Shown here piece by piece: positions 12,806-25,561 of a DNA stretch of 64,000 bases; position 1 is the stretch's first letter, and each line of letters begins with the position of its first letter. The notes under the pieces were generated by a model. That model saw only the letters and a program-made list of their open reading frames with translations, searched no databases and had not been told where the DNA came from. Origin of the DNA: Octopus sinensis (taxonomy: Eukaryota); NCBI RefSeq assembly GCF_006345805.1, contig NC_042998.1, positions 18,724,001 to 18,788,000 on the forward strand, in the 5' to 3' direction. Made by a program: the position numbers and the translations under genes.

Positions 12806-13051
12806 GACGGATAGAGCATGGGCTGCTAATCCCAAGATTTCGATTCCAAGTTGTGAGTTGAATAATAATAATAACATCGAAAATTGCATTAGGAATTAGA
12901 ACCCAGGTTCGAAATTTTTCCAAGACACCCGATGATGACTGGAGGGGTATATCTGCCGTAACGTTGTGTTGACAACAAACAAGACAAAGACAAATATTCG
13001 TTAAATGTAAATGATATACATAATTCTTCCTCCCTTGAATAACGAACTGTA
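12806..13051 (+). mobile_element. SINE family D (tRNA-Ser-like head + hammerhead-like motif), diverged copy
   Basis: gggctgctaatccc anticodon arm, ttcgattcc B box, and gacac-ccgatgat...gtaac-gtt-gtgtt. Colinear with 25408-25733. Confidence 0.75.
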
Positions 13052-14278
13052 TCAAGTTGGTTTTGACTCTCTTTGCACTGACTTCAAACCCGGCCGAGGT
13101 AAGAGTTTAATTTATAAATATAGCACGACTATAAAGAACATTTTTTTTCTGTCTCACTCTCCCTTCTGTGTTTACCTGTATACATTTTTCATGAAGGAAT
13201 TTGCTGCGGCCACACCTACAACTGGATGGACTCTACTAGGTTTGAATGACTAATTTACGATGTGGGTGACAATGGCGCCTCTATGGCTGCATCTATGTAG
13301 TGTTTTCTTTATTCATAATGATCATTGCTTAGATCTTACGGCACCTCTATCTAGTTTCATACAAAAGAAATCAATGCAATCACAATTCTATTTCATTCAA
13401 GGAATATATTTTGTTTGCTTTTTTTTTCAAATAGTTAAATGAAAGAGGAAGTCGTGACCCGTAAAACTTTGTACAGGCAGTTTTTGCTAGTAGCGGAAGC
13501 ATTATATTCTCTATTTGAATAAATTGAAAATTTATCATGCTGTGAGAGATGAAAATTACACTGTGTTAACGTAGAACGGGGTTTCAAAGTTGGTTCTTTT
13601 TGAAACAGATTTTTTCAAGATATGGAGTGGAATTTAAAAAAATAAATCACACACAAACACACACATATATATATACAGGGAGAGTCAGGCGTGGCTGTGT
13701 GGAGATTTTTTCGTTTTGATTAGGGCAACTGTTGTTTTTGTGTATAACACACGTGCTTTTTGGCTGTCTTTGCGGTGCCACGTTTTCCCTGTTGTTTAAT
13801 GTAGGGACGTTGTGTAATGAGTTGTAAAAATTTAAGTTATTCTTCTTTAGACTTTATGTCGTCTGAGAAAAATATGGTAAAATGCTTAAAAGGAACTGAC
13901 AAGGAAATGGAAAGAAAGAATTATGCTGCAGTCAGAAAAGGAAAAGTGGAAGACATAAGTCTAGAAGAATTGAGCAAGTTTAAAGAAATACTTGAAGGGG
14001 GGGGGGAACAATGTTAAAGTGTTCCCTACAAAGAAGTTTTAAAGGATAAGACCGAGAGGACGATTGCTTCCAGGACATACGCGGTGGCAACAAGAAAAAT
14101 AGAAGTTGAAAAGGCGTTGGGACCAATCTGACGAGATAGCCTACTTTGCCAGGGGAAGAAAATATGGTATGGACATGGATTAGAAGAAGAAGAATGATAA
14201 ATGAATGAATTACGAATATATAGTGCGTGTGTTTATTTGGGGGAAAAAAAGAAATGACCATCCTGAAATACAATAATA

Positions 14279-14309
<31 letters not shown>

Positions 14310-15040
14310 ATAAGGGCAAGAAGAACATTTTTTCTTTGCTAATATGCTGAATAATAGACACTAAATCGTCTAACCACGTGAATTATTTGCACTTGTATTC
14401 TTACACCATGAGGATGACTATATTTTTATGAATTTCTGTTAGCTTGAGTTCCTCGTTTCGGCACGTGGTGCTCCAATGCATGTCAAAATATTTTATGTGG
14501 TCAGAAGATTTAGTCTCTATTTTTCAGCATATCAGCCAAGAAATTTTGTTTATTTTTGCCCTTATTTTATAATTGTATGTATAATTTTCACCGTAAAAGG
14601 TATTTTTCATATGCTGGCCACTGACAAAATTTTTTAATAAAATGTTTTTCCTATATTAGACGTGTATACACACACACACACAGGGGTAGTTAGATATAAT
14701 GACTGAAATATGCACATGCATAATACCCACAGACATGTGTGTGTGTGCGTGTGCGCTTGTGTGTGTGTGTGTGTAAAGTATATCCTTGCATACACATAGA
14801 TATTTATATGGAAATCTGTATGCATCTATGCATTGATGTATTTCTACGTATTAACTGTTGCATTTATGCGTTGGGTCTAAAGTTAGCGACTGCATATGAG
14901 TGCATAATTGCAGGCTATACTGGAGGAAGTGCTAATTGCTGATATAACTTAATACATGGTAATTAGAAATAGCTGTTTCTACTCGGGGTTTATACTATGC
15001 ATTTTATGCAGTAAAGGACCGAGTTTGTCGGTCGATTAAA

Positions 15041-15165
15041 TATAAAAACAGCTGTGTTTGTTTTTTAGTTTTGTTAACTTTTTCATTATTGCACACAGCT
15101 CAATTAAGAGTAACAAAGAGCGAAGAGTTTGTTGACATTTTCTGTCTCTGTCTGCTGGAGTGAGT
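15041..15165 (+). promoter_or_regulatory. candidate TATA/Inr core promoter and non-coding first exon
   Basis: tataaaa at 15041, ttagtt at 15065, and donor gga|gtgagt at 15160, in non-repetitive DNA. Motif evidence only. Confidence 0.25.
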
Positions 15166-15938
15166 ACGTTTAAGGTTTAACTTTTTTTATGGTGATACCT
15201 CAAAAAAAAAAAAAAAAAAAACAGGATGGTGGTGCAAGAAGGGAGTTCTCGAAGCTTACAATATAATGAAGGGGAGGTGTGGTGAATTATTATGGTGGCG
15301 TCTTGCGTTGAAAGAAAGAGAAAAGGGGTGAAAGAGTTTTGCATCTAGTAGGCTTCAGCGACGATGTTATAGAGAACAGCTTGCTAATTCAGTGTCAACG
15401 ACCGAAACTGTTACTTTACAACAAATGGGATAGAGTAGGGGGAGAGAAAGCATGGGGAGAAATTGTATGCGACGAGGGGAATATACAGAAAACCGGTTAG
15501 TATATCTAAATATGATTATCAATTTGCTTTTTTAGCTTTTATCTTTTTTAAATAAAATTTCATATGTCTACCAGTGTAGCTGTACTTTTTTGAATATGGG
15601 GGTTGTGTTCATAAGGGGGGAATTCCTAATGTGACTCGACAAACATTCGCAGTTATTTTTTTTTATTTACTATCTACAATATCGAGGTCGGGCTTTATGT
15701 AGGTAAGCAAGAAATTTGTATTCATTGAAATCCCACTAAAAATACAAATAAAATCTCTTAATAACTAAATCTGGTCTTGAAAAGCATAGGCAGACAATCT
15801 CGATTTGGAATTATGAATTATAGAATAAAAACCTAAAAATTCTGAACACTTTATATGATATTCGTAATCCGTAAAATTCAGGGGGTGTTCAGTGTATCTG
15901 TATTGCTTCTGTAAAATTTGTTGTATATATATATATAT

Positions 15939-16043
15939 ATACTACAAAATTAGAAAATGGAGAAACATACTTAAATCAATAAAACATTTATTTATTTATT
16001 TATTGATTTAAGTATGTTTCTCCATTTTCTAATTTTGTAGTAT
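15939..16043. repeat. perfect 45-bp inverted repeat with 15-nt loop
   Basis: 15939-15983 is the exact reverse complement of 15999-16043. Confidence 0.95.
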
Positions 16044-16279
16044 TAATTTACGGTAATATTATTACCTTTGCCCATATAATACAATAGATGAACTGATTGT
16101 TTGGCAATTTTTAACATCTATGTATTAGTCTTGTTGGGTACCTATCTAGCAGTATATTGGATATATGTTATCCCATGGTGGGTTGAATTTTCAACCCCTA
16201 TCTCATTTTATAACCTATATATTATATATATTTTTATATTTATATGTATGTGTATATATATGTATGTATATATATATGC

Positions 16280-16328
<49 letters not shown>

Positions 16329-16443
16329 CATGCATATATATATTATATATATGTATGTATGTATATGTATGTATATTTATTTATATATATATATGTATGC
16401 ATATATATATATGAATATATATATATGTATAATATATATATAT

Positions 16444-16485
<42 letters not shown>

Positions 16486-16610
16486 CATCTAGTAGGCTTC
16501 AGCGACGATGTTATACAGAACAGCTTGCTAGTTCAGTGTCAATTATATATATGTACAGTGAATCATAATATCCGATAAAGAGGTACAGTCTAAAATTTAC
16601 AGCAGTATGT

Positions 16611-16679
<69 letters not shown>

Positions 16680-17009
16680 GATATAATACAGTAGTAGCCA
16701 AAATTAGACAAAATTTGAAGATAGCTACATTTTAACTTCATCTTTACGAATGGAATTTTTACTGCCTATTCTTTAGAGAACGTATGGTGTAAAATCCAAA
16801 GAATAAAATCTGGCATCTCTCTGACCGATGCAAACTAAGTTGACCTAACAGTGCGAAGATTTATATCGAACAGCAGTGAATTAACAACCACGGAAAACGG
16901 ACGTAAAATTAATGAAACCACCAGGAAGCGAGTGATCACATTAAAAAAAAGAAGGAATGGCAGTTTCTGATATCACAAGCAGTAATTCATATTCATTCTT
17001 TTCTTTTTT

Positions 17010-17406
17010 TCTTTTTACTTGTTTCAGTCATTTTGACTGCGGCCATGCTGGCGCACCGCCTTTAATCGAGCAACCCCGGGACTTATTCTTTGTAAGCCCA
17101 GTACTTACTATCGGTCTCTTTTGCAGAACCGCTAAGTGACGGGGACATAAACACACCAGCATCGGTTGTCAAGTGATGTTGGGGTGACAAACACAGACAC
17201 ATAAACACATACGCACACACATATATATATATATACATATATACGACGGGCTTCTTTCAGTTTCCGTCTACCAAATCCACTCACAAGGCATTGGTCGGCC
17301 CGATGCTATAGTAGAAGACACATGCCCAAGGTGCCACGCAGTGGGACTGAACCCGGAACCGTGTGGCTGGTAAACAAGCTACTTACCACACAGCCACTCC
17401 TGCGCC
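17010..17406 (-). mobile_element. SINE family A
   Basis: Full reverse-complement copy. Confidence 0.9.
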
Positions 17407-17884
17407 TATGTATCTGAATATACATACGTGTGCGTGTTTGTTTGTCTATATGTGTGTGAACAATGTGTATGAGTGTGTATGCAAAGTTTGAATGTATGTA
17501 AAATGTATGTGTTAGCATTTAGTTGTGTTCTCATGTCATTCTCGTTTGTACAAATATCGCTTTTACACATGAAACTCTCAAAGAAATATCGCATATTCAA
17601 AATTACCAATTTATCATTTCTCAAGTAATTATATTTTTCAGTTTCAGTAACATGATCTCATACACGTCACTCTTCTCTATTGCAAAGCCCACATTTTCTG
17701 ACCTATTCGCATGAGGTCTTCAGATGTCAATGAAGCTGTGACTAATGTTTTAGTCGGTGTTATGTACGAGACTCAGCTGAAGAATTTATAGGCTGATGAA
17801 GAGTCTCACATGGAATGTGACCAAATGAGGTTTATTTTTGCAGCCCAAATATTTCTCTTATCGGTATTGCAGCGAGCTGGCATG

Positions 17885-18117
17885 AAGGCGGCGAGCTGGC
17901 AGAGACGTTAGCACGCCGGGCGAAATGCGTAGCCGTATTTCGTCTGTCGTTACGCTGTGAGTTCAAATTCCGCCGAGGTCGACTTTGCCTTTCATCCATT
18001 CGGGGTCGATAAATTAAGTACCAGTTACGCACTGGGGTCGATGGAATCGACTTAATACCTATGTCTGTCCTTGTTTGTCCCATCTATGTTTAGCCCCTTG
18101 TGGGTAATAAAGAAATA
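17885..18117 (+). mobile_element. SINE family B monomer nested in mariner
   Basis: TSD ggtattgca at 17863-17871 and 18118-18126. Confidence 0.9.
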
Positions 18118-19197
18118 GGTATTGCACTGATTGGCTCGAATTGGTGGAAAAGACTCCATTCTTTCTGTCAAAAATCTCAACAGCAGTTATGCCGTCATCA
18201 TCACTGCGATATTGGTTCCCGGTCAAGAGTTTTTTTATGTTGTGGGGAACGAATCAGGTGAAAAGCGAGGATGATCAACCGGTTCAAAGCCACAGTCACA
18301 AACGGCAGCCATTGAACCAAGATCTTACGCACTGGAGCATTGTTCTGATTGAACAAGAACCCGTTCGTCATTTTTCTTACCATTTGATCTTGATAGCCTT
18401 TCGTAACTGCCTTGTCAGTTTGGCATAGTACTCTCCATTAATGTTCTGGCCCTTTTGAAAATTGTCAATAAACACAATGCCACACAATGCCTTTCGCATC
18501 CTGAAAAAATCTGAGGCCATCAACTTCCATGCAGATGAAATGACCTTGGCCTTTTTTGGGTGTGTGAGGAGGGTATTTCTACTTCATGGATTGTCTCTTT
18601 CCCTCTGGCTTAAAGTGATGAAACCAACACTCATCCCTGGTTAGGAATCCAAATGGAACGTCCTCAAACAATGTCAGATTTCTCCGTGATGTGATAAGAG
18701 CGATTTTGATGAAATGTCAAAAGATACCCAACGAGTACGGACCTTCGTTATGCTATGTTCATCATGCGGAACATCCTGAAGTCTCTCTCGGAATATGATA
18801 TTGTCCTAGGGTATTTTACAATCAATCGCTTTTCATCCATATTTATGTGGAGAACATGATTAATACTTCCTCGGTAGTGATAAATTGCAGGATGTCCAGA
18901 CACTCGGTCGTCTCCCCCTCCTCATTTCAGTTGCCTACATTTTCACTCTTGATAATGCTAGAGGGTCATCCCCTAATGTAGCAACCATGTCAGCATGAAT
19001 GACGTGGGGAATAAACCTTTTTTTCTGAAGTTACATGATGATATCATGAGGCCAAATTTTGTCCATTTTCAAGAAAAGTCGCAAGTAGATATATCTGAAA
19101 TTTTCTTTGAACAGTCAGGTGACAGTGTACCTGGAAAGGAATTGTACCATTATTATAAAGAGTTGAAATTAATACACGCAAGATTTCATAACTTCAT

Positions 19198-19578
19198 ACT
19201 TACTTACTTGTGACGGCGTTCACCCGGGGCGGGTTGAGCCAGCTTCTACTCTATAGAAGAGGTTTCGTGGGAATATTGAATTCACAAGCGGCCCCTGACA
19301 TCTCGCATGCATATCCCGAGTGACAGGACGCCATGTTTGCCGCGGAGTCTCCGCAGACGCAGAGACAGAACGACCTCGAAGCCGCCGGTTGCCGTTCAGA
19401 CGTCTCTTGGAATTTTCACCAGAGCCCCGTTGGCCAGGCTGCGGCCTTAATACAGCTCGGTACCGGACCAATATGCCTTGGGTGGCCCTACCAGGAACCG
19501 AAGTTCCCGACGGCATAGCTTGACACTGCCCGTTTACACCACCCTACCGCTTTGAGGAGGGATTGAACTTTAGGGTAG
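19198..19578 (-). mobile_element. non-autonomous bipartite RTE-derived retroposon
   Basis: TSD ataacttcat at 19188-19197 and 19579-19588. RTE 5'UTR-like agctatgcc...cctggtagggccaccca is joined to an RTE-type 3' end gctcaacccgccccgggtgaacgccgtcac(aagt)n. Confidence 0.75.
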
Positions 19579-19878
19579 ATAACTTCATGGTCCTTCATAG
19601 TGAGCGAATAAACTTTACAGAACACCACCGTAGGATTTCGATAAGAGAAATGTCACACACAGTATAGAGGTAGAAAAAATAAAGGTAAATACATGCACAC
19701 AAGAAAGGACATATTTAACGGGTGCGCATACGTAGACAAATACATTTTAACTCACTCGCAGTTTTTACGTATGTAGCTTTACGTAGAAACGTGTGTCTGT
19801 GTATGTGCGCGCGCAAGTTTGTGTGCGCTTGTTCACGTGTGTGTATTCGTGACTGTATGCAACCCAATGTCATTAAAA

Positions 19879-20260
19879 GGAAGCACTCCGTCGGTTACGA
19901 CGACGAGGGTTCCGGTTGATCCGAATCAACGGAACAGCCTGCTCGTGAAATTAACGTGTAAGTGGCTGAGCACTCCACAGACATGTGTACCCTTAACGTA
20001 GTTCTCGGGGATATTCAGCGTGACACAGAGAGTGACAAGGCCGGCCCTTTGAAATACAGGTACAACAGAAACAGGAAGTAAGAGCGAGATAAAGTTGTGG
20101 TGAAAGAGTACAGCAGAGATCACCACCATCCCCTGCCGGAGCCTCGTGGAGCTTTAGGTGTTTTCGCTCAATAAACACTCACAACGCCCGGTCTGGGAAT
20201 CGAAACTGCGATCCTATGACCGCGAGTCCGCTGCCCTAATAATTGGGCCATTGCGCCTCC
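19879..20260 (-). mobile_element. SINE family C (tRNA-Arg-like head; probably an Octopus OR-type family)
   Basis: Head ggaggcgcaatggccca...ggactcgcggtc...tttcgattccc. TSD ccaatgtcatta at 19864-19875 and 20262-20273. Confidence 0.9.
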
Positions 20261-20679
20261 TCCAATGTCATTACCGTCTTTGAAAAATATCCTTCGGAGA
20301 CATGAAACAATCAAGTCACATTATCTCGCTTTAAGACTAGCTAATTAATCAACTCTCAGATATCTATAATCTTCTTCCATTTAAATTAAAATATCTTCAT
20401 TGTTTTTTTTCAACCATTTAATATCTCATATTTTTCACGAATACTATATCGGTTACCTGCTTCCTTGCAAACTTGTTGAAGCAGCAAATTAAAATGAAAA
20501 TGCTGTGCTGTAAATTCGACAGGTAAATACGAAAATGAAGTAGATGCTATCTGATTACTTAATTCCAACCAGTTCTAAATTCCAATATTCGAAGTCTTCT
20601 ATAGATTAGGCTATTTTAATTTTTTTGTTTTTGAGAATTATGTATAACGACGTACGCAAGCATGCATATAAATATATGT

Positions 20680-20818
20680 AATGCATGTGTGTGGTGTGTG
20701 TATGGATGGATGTATGAACACATGTGTGTCTATATATATATATATTATATATATATATATGTGTGTATATTTATGTATATATATATATTCATATATATGT
20801 ATGTATATATATTTATAT

Positions 20819-20868
<50 letters not shown>

Positions 20869-21290
20869 TATATATATATAATATGTATATGTATATATAT
20901 ATATATATACATATATATGTATGTATATATATATGCGTATGTGTGTGTATGTATACATGTTCGTATGTAGGTTCATATGGAAGCTTTAAGTGGATGTATT
21001 CATATTAACATAATTGGCTTCAGAATTTCATGAAAGAAGTGAGAGGTGTATGAACTCGGAAAAATCACCATAATTGTGTTAGGAAACATAAACCACAAGA
21101 GAGAACAGTTCAAGAAAATCATTCATAGAAATTATCTGTCTGTGCGTATGTATAGACGCTAGCATATATATGAATATATGTATATATGTATATATATATG
21201 TATATATATATATATATATATATGCATATAATATATATGTATAATATATGTATATATATATACATATATATACATATATATATACATATA

Positions 21291-21342
<52 letters not shown>

Positions 21343-21475
21343 CAAAGACAATTACAATGAATACGAAGATTACCACACTTACACACACACATACATATAT
21401 ATATGTGTATGTATATATGTAATATATATATATTATATTATATATATATATATATATATTATATTATATATATTA
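20680..21475. repeat. two degenerate (TA)n/(TG)n microsatellite tracts
   Basis: Direct inspection; source of the spurious YI-rich ORFs. Confidence 0.9.
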
Positions 21476-22659
21476 ATTTTACAGTTTATTGTGCAGCATA
21501 TTTACTTTAAGTTTGTTCGAAGCACGTCTCTGCCACATAGAATATTAGCAAATGCTATTTTCGAATGTTTTGCAGTCTATGCAAGTCTATTCAAGGTCTG
21601 TCCTTGTACCTCATATATTTAATTTTAAACCAACAACTGTACACGAAGCTCACGAACTATTAGTTCAACTAAGACAAAGATTAAAAGAATACACTTCGAC
21701 CTACTTAAAGGTCTAGATCTAATATCCTGAACTTAAACTTAAGGTCGAGATGAGATCAACCATTTAGTAGTTTTTATAGCCATATCAAGTTTCTAAATCT
21801 TCTCGCATTCTTTTCTTTCAAAAACCATAGTAACCTTGGAATATAACGTTAGCCAAGCATACATATACTTAGTTTGGTTCGGACCACATTCATGGACAGA
21901 TCTTGAATACAGGTAACATAGACTGCTAACCAGTAGAGCACAGTTGGATGCAAATGCAGCTGCTCATTTTCACTGCAGCAGAAATGTTCGTCGGACAAAT
22001 TTAACCCAAATATGCATCATAATTTACTGTTAGAAAAAAACCCCAGATAAGCAGTTGTAATAATCGCCGTATTCAATGTACTTTTGTTGGATATATAATC
22101 AGAAAATATTCATAATCCCACAAATTTCACCCTAGATTTCACAATTGGATCAATTACAGTGAAACTATTTACACTAAATAATCCTAGATGGTCCCTACAA
22201 CTTGATACAGTTAACTTGGCCTAGTTTATTGCTATAAAGGACCACATAGTATATGCACCAGGATCGAGCAACCATAAAACGAAACGCCACTGCAAGACCT
22301 TATCGTTCGCTCCCCACTTCTCCATAAACGTCCGGACATGTGTAGGTAATATTTCTCTTAGGTTGCGGGATAAGCGTTTCATGCGATCGTCCAAATATAG
22401 AAAGATCTTTAAAGACATAATTTAAGGATTTCTTTCAGTTTTGCACCCAATGTTAAGAATAAATTACTTAGCAATCCTAAACCACGGACAGAGCCAGGCT
22501 GTTCATGCAACATTAGAAATGAATACCCAGTGGACGGTCGATGTAACACCAAGGCTACAGTGCACTAAGCAAATGTAGCTTCAAACAGGAGCATCACAAA
22601 TATCAGTAACATCAATGCCAACACAGGGACACGCACTGAAATTTATCAACCCACAACTT

Positions 22660-23730
22660 CATCAACTCCAACCTGTCCATTGGCTACTTTAGGCACAAAT
22701 ATTCTCACGATTCACTGGTCCCAATTCCGAACTATACGGTCGTTATATTGATGACTGTATCGGTTCCACCTCAATCTCTCGCGAACAACTATACTTCCTT
22801 TCTTTTGTCCAACACTTTCATCCTGCTCTCGAAATCTTCTGCACTATTTCCAGCACTTCCGTCGCATGTCTTGACATTTTTCTCTCCATACACTACTCCG
22901 CTCCCAATACCTCCATCACTACAAACACACAAACTGAGACCCCTACCTTGATTTCTCCCACCCTACTGACACTAAACTCTCCAGCCACTACTCCTAATTC
23001 CTTCGTCTGCGCAGGCTCTGCAGTGACAACCATAACTTTGAGACTCAATCTCAAGTCATGGCTCGCCTGTTCACCCCTCACCACTATCCACACGGCCCTT
23101 GCTAGAGCACGTTCGGTGGTCAAACAGGACGCCGCTTGGCTGACCCGTTCGCGGAGCACCTCCCAGACATCAGTCTCGGCAATGATAATCCGGTCTCGCG
23201 CCATTTCCACTCTACCGGTCATTCACTACAACACCTGTCTGTGTTCCGACTGTCTTTGCACATGGTCCATCCGGACTCCCGTCTTCACTGTGAATTGGAC
23301 CTAATCTTCTCTCTTCACCCCTTTGCGCCACAGGGCTCAACTCCCCTTTTCCCATCACTAGCCTCCATCCACACACACACACACACACACACACACATGC
23401 ACACACATTCTCACATGCACACACACGCATGTACACTTTCGTTTTCAGATCTCAAATACTTTATTATCTACCTTCTTTCAACTTTTTCTTTCAAACATTT
23501 TTCTAATTAGTTGTCAAGCTTGACCGCTAAAACCGCATTGTTTTTACTGTTGTCTCACAGTTGATTTTTCTCTTATTTCTTTCTGCTGAAGAGCGTAGCC
23601 TCGAAGCGTAAATGACTTTTTCACTTTCGCGAGCGTCAAATACCTGCTTGTTCTTCATACACGGAGACAGGTGTAGGAAGAACAAGCAGGTGTTTGACGC
23701 TTTTTTCTGCTTTTCTGTAGATCTCCACTA
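22660..23730 (+). mobile_element. Penelope-like element remnant (RT + GIY-YIG endonuclease + terminal region)
   Basis: Across frameshifts it reads ELYGRYIDDCIG (RT YIDD), RLRRLCSD, and GQTGRRLADPFAEHL...PVSRHFHSTGHS (GIY-YIG). The tail carries ctgctgaagagcgtagcctcgaagcgta. Confidence 0.85.
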
Positions 23731-24011
23731 TATAAATATATTCATACACACATACATACAATTGTATAAATATATGTATCGTTGCTATTATGTTAAATTG
23801 ACGTATGTCCAAATTTGGCCGAATGCGTTTTTAATTTTTCAATATTTAATTCCGTTTGCCATAGACGGTCATTTCGGTCGAACTACTGTATCTCCAGCTG
23901 CTTTAAGTGTACTACAACGGTTGAGCATTTTTCAAAAGTGTAAAAAGTCACACATTTGACAATGTTTGTACATGTTTGGAGTTAGGATTTTATGCACCCA
24001 ACTAAGCAATA

Positions 24012-24676
24012 TTTATTTCTTTATTGCCCACAGGAAACTAAACATAGAAGGGACAAACAAGGACAGATAAAGGGTTAAATCGATTACATCGATCTCAGTG
24101 CCTAACTTATAAAGAACTTATTTAATCGACCCCGAAAGGATGATAGACTAAGTCGATCTCGGCGGAATTTGAAATCAGAACATAACGGCAGACGAAATAC
24201 CGCTAAGCATTTCACTCGACATACTAACGATTCTGCCAGCTCGCCGCCCTAAGTATTATTTATTTCTTTATAGCCCACAAGGGGCGAAACATAGAGTGGA
24301 CAAACAAGGACACACAAAGGCATTAAGTCGATTACATCGACCCCAGTGCGTAATTGGTACTTAATTTTTCGACCCCCGAAAGGATGAAAGGCAAAGTCGG
24401 CCTCGGCGGAATTTGAACTCAGAACGTTAAGACAGACGAAATACCTGTTTCCATTTCTTTACTACCCACAAGGGGCTAAACACAGAGGGGACCAACAAGG
24501 ACAGACAAACGAATTTAGTCGATTATATCGACCCCAGTGCGTAACTGGTACTTATTTAATCGACCCCGAATGGATGAAAGGCAAAGTCGATCTCGGCGGA
24601 ATTTGAACTCAGAACGTAACGGCAGACGAAATACCGCTAAGCATTTCACCCAACGATTCTGCCAGCTCGACGCCCT
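24012..24676 (-). mobile_element. SINE family B cluster: monomer (24012-24249) + dimer (24258-24676)
   Basis: Three bodies and two heads. Dimer junction gacgaaatacctgtttc at ~24440. Confidence 0.88.
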
Positions 24677-24857
24677 AAATATTATTGTTAACCTGAAAAT
24701 GTTGCTAATGTAAAAAGAAATGGAATGGCGAAATTATTTCTTCATTTTCTGAAAAAGCAACGATACTTTTGCATAAGAGCAACGATATATACTATAGTTA
24801 TTACTATAGTATTTACTATAGTTATTACTGAAGAGTCGCGTAGCTTAGTATCGAGGG

Positions 24858-25058
24858 CAGTGCTTTTCAAACGTTTTGCTGGAGCGGAACCCCAAGGAAA
24901 CATTCCACTAGCTCGAGGAACCCCTGTGCAATAATTTATTAGTCTTATGCACACATATCTGCACAGGAGAATTAAAAATTACTGCCGATTTTAGCAGTTT
25001 TGTAACTTCTTGCGGAACCCCTGGACTGTACTGGCGGAACCCTGGTTGAAAACCACTG
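24858..25058. mobile_element. hAT-type MITE
   Basis: TIRs cagtgcttttcaa / ttgaaaaccactg; 8-bp flanks atcgaggg / gtctaggg (6/8 identical); repeated subterminal ggaaccc motifs. Confidence 0.8.
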
Positions 25059-25407
25059 GTCTAGGGTGTTGCATTCATGTTTAGTATGATTTTGGTTTCC
25101 ACTCTTGGACGAGGTGAGGCGTTCTGTTCTTGAGCCAAACATTTAATTTCACATTACAATAGTACAGTCAACTGGTTAAAATGAATAATTCTGAGACATG
25201 CCGGTGTCCTAACTAGAGGGGAATATACACGCCACATATTTCGGAAAACAATATTTACGGGCCTGTGGCACACGAATAACTTCTTATCTTTGTCATGGAT
25301 ATTAATAGTTGCAAAATGCCGAAACATAATGTCATAGGTTGGCATCAGCAGCCTGTACAGCAGAAACAGAATTTAGTGATTGGAGTAAAAAAACGTCCAT
25401 TTATTTA

Positions 25408-25526
25408 GGTTGCAGGGATATGTCGTAGTCGTTAAGAGCGCGGGCTACTAACCCTAATATTCCGAGTTCGATTCCACCCTGTGACCAGAATAATAATAAT
25501 AATAATATAATAATAATAATAATAAT

Positions 25527-25561
<35 letters not shown>

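Larger units (their letters stand above)
17767..19630 (-). mobile_element. mariner-type DNA transposon, degraded, with two nested retroposons
   Basis: The minus strand gives DECWFHHFKPEGKRQSM, FLFNQNNAPV (from QDNAPxH) and HPRFSPD (from HPPYSPDL). The degenerate TIR-like ends TA|cgag...gctgaagaattt and aaactttacagaacaccaccg|TA are TA-flanked. Confidence 0.75.

Noticed and set aside
19220-19523. Overlapping GC-rich ORFs as a host exon or CpG island
   Set aside because: They lie inside a TSD-bounded retroposon.
20638-21622. Many YI-, CV- and HT-rich ORFs here and at 1153-1513, 16101-16741, 26806, 30726-31056, 40987 and 53807-55137
   Set aside because: They are translations of stop-free microsatellites, not genes.
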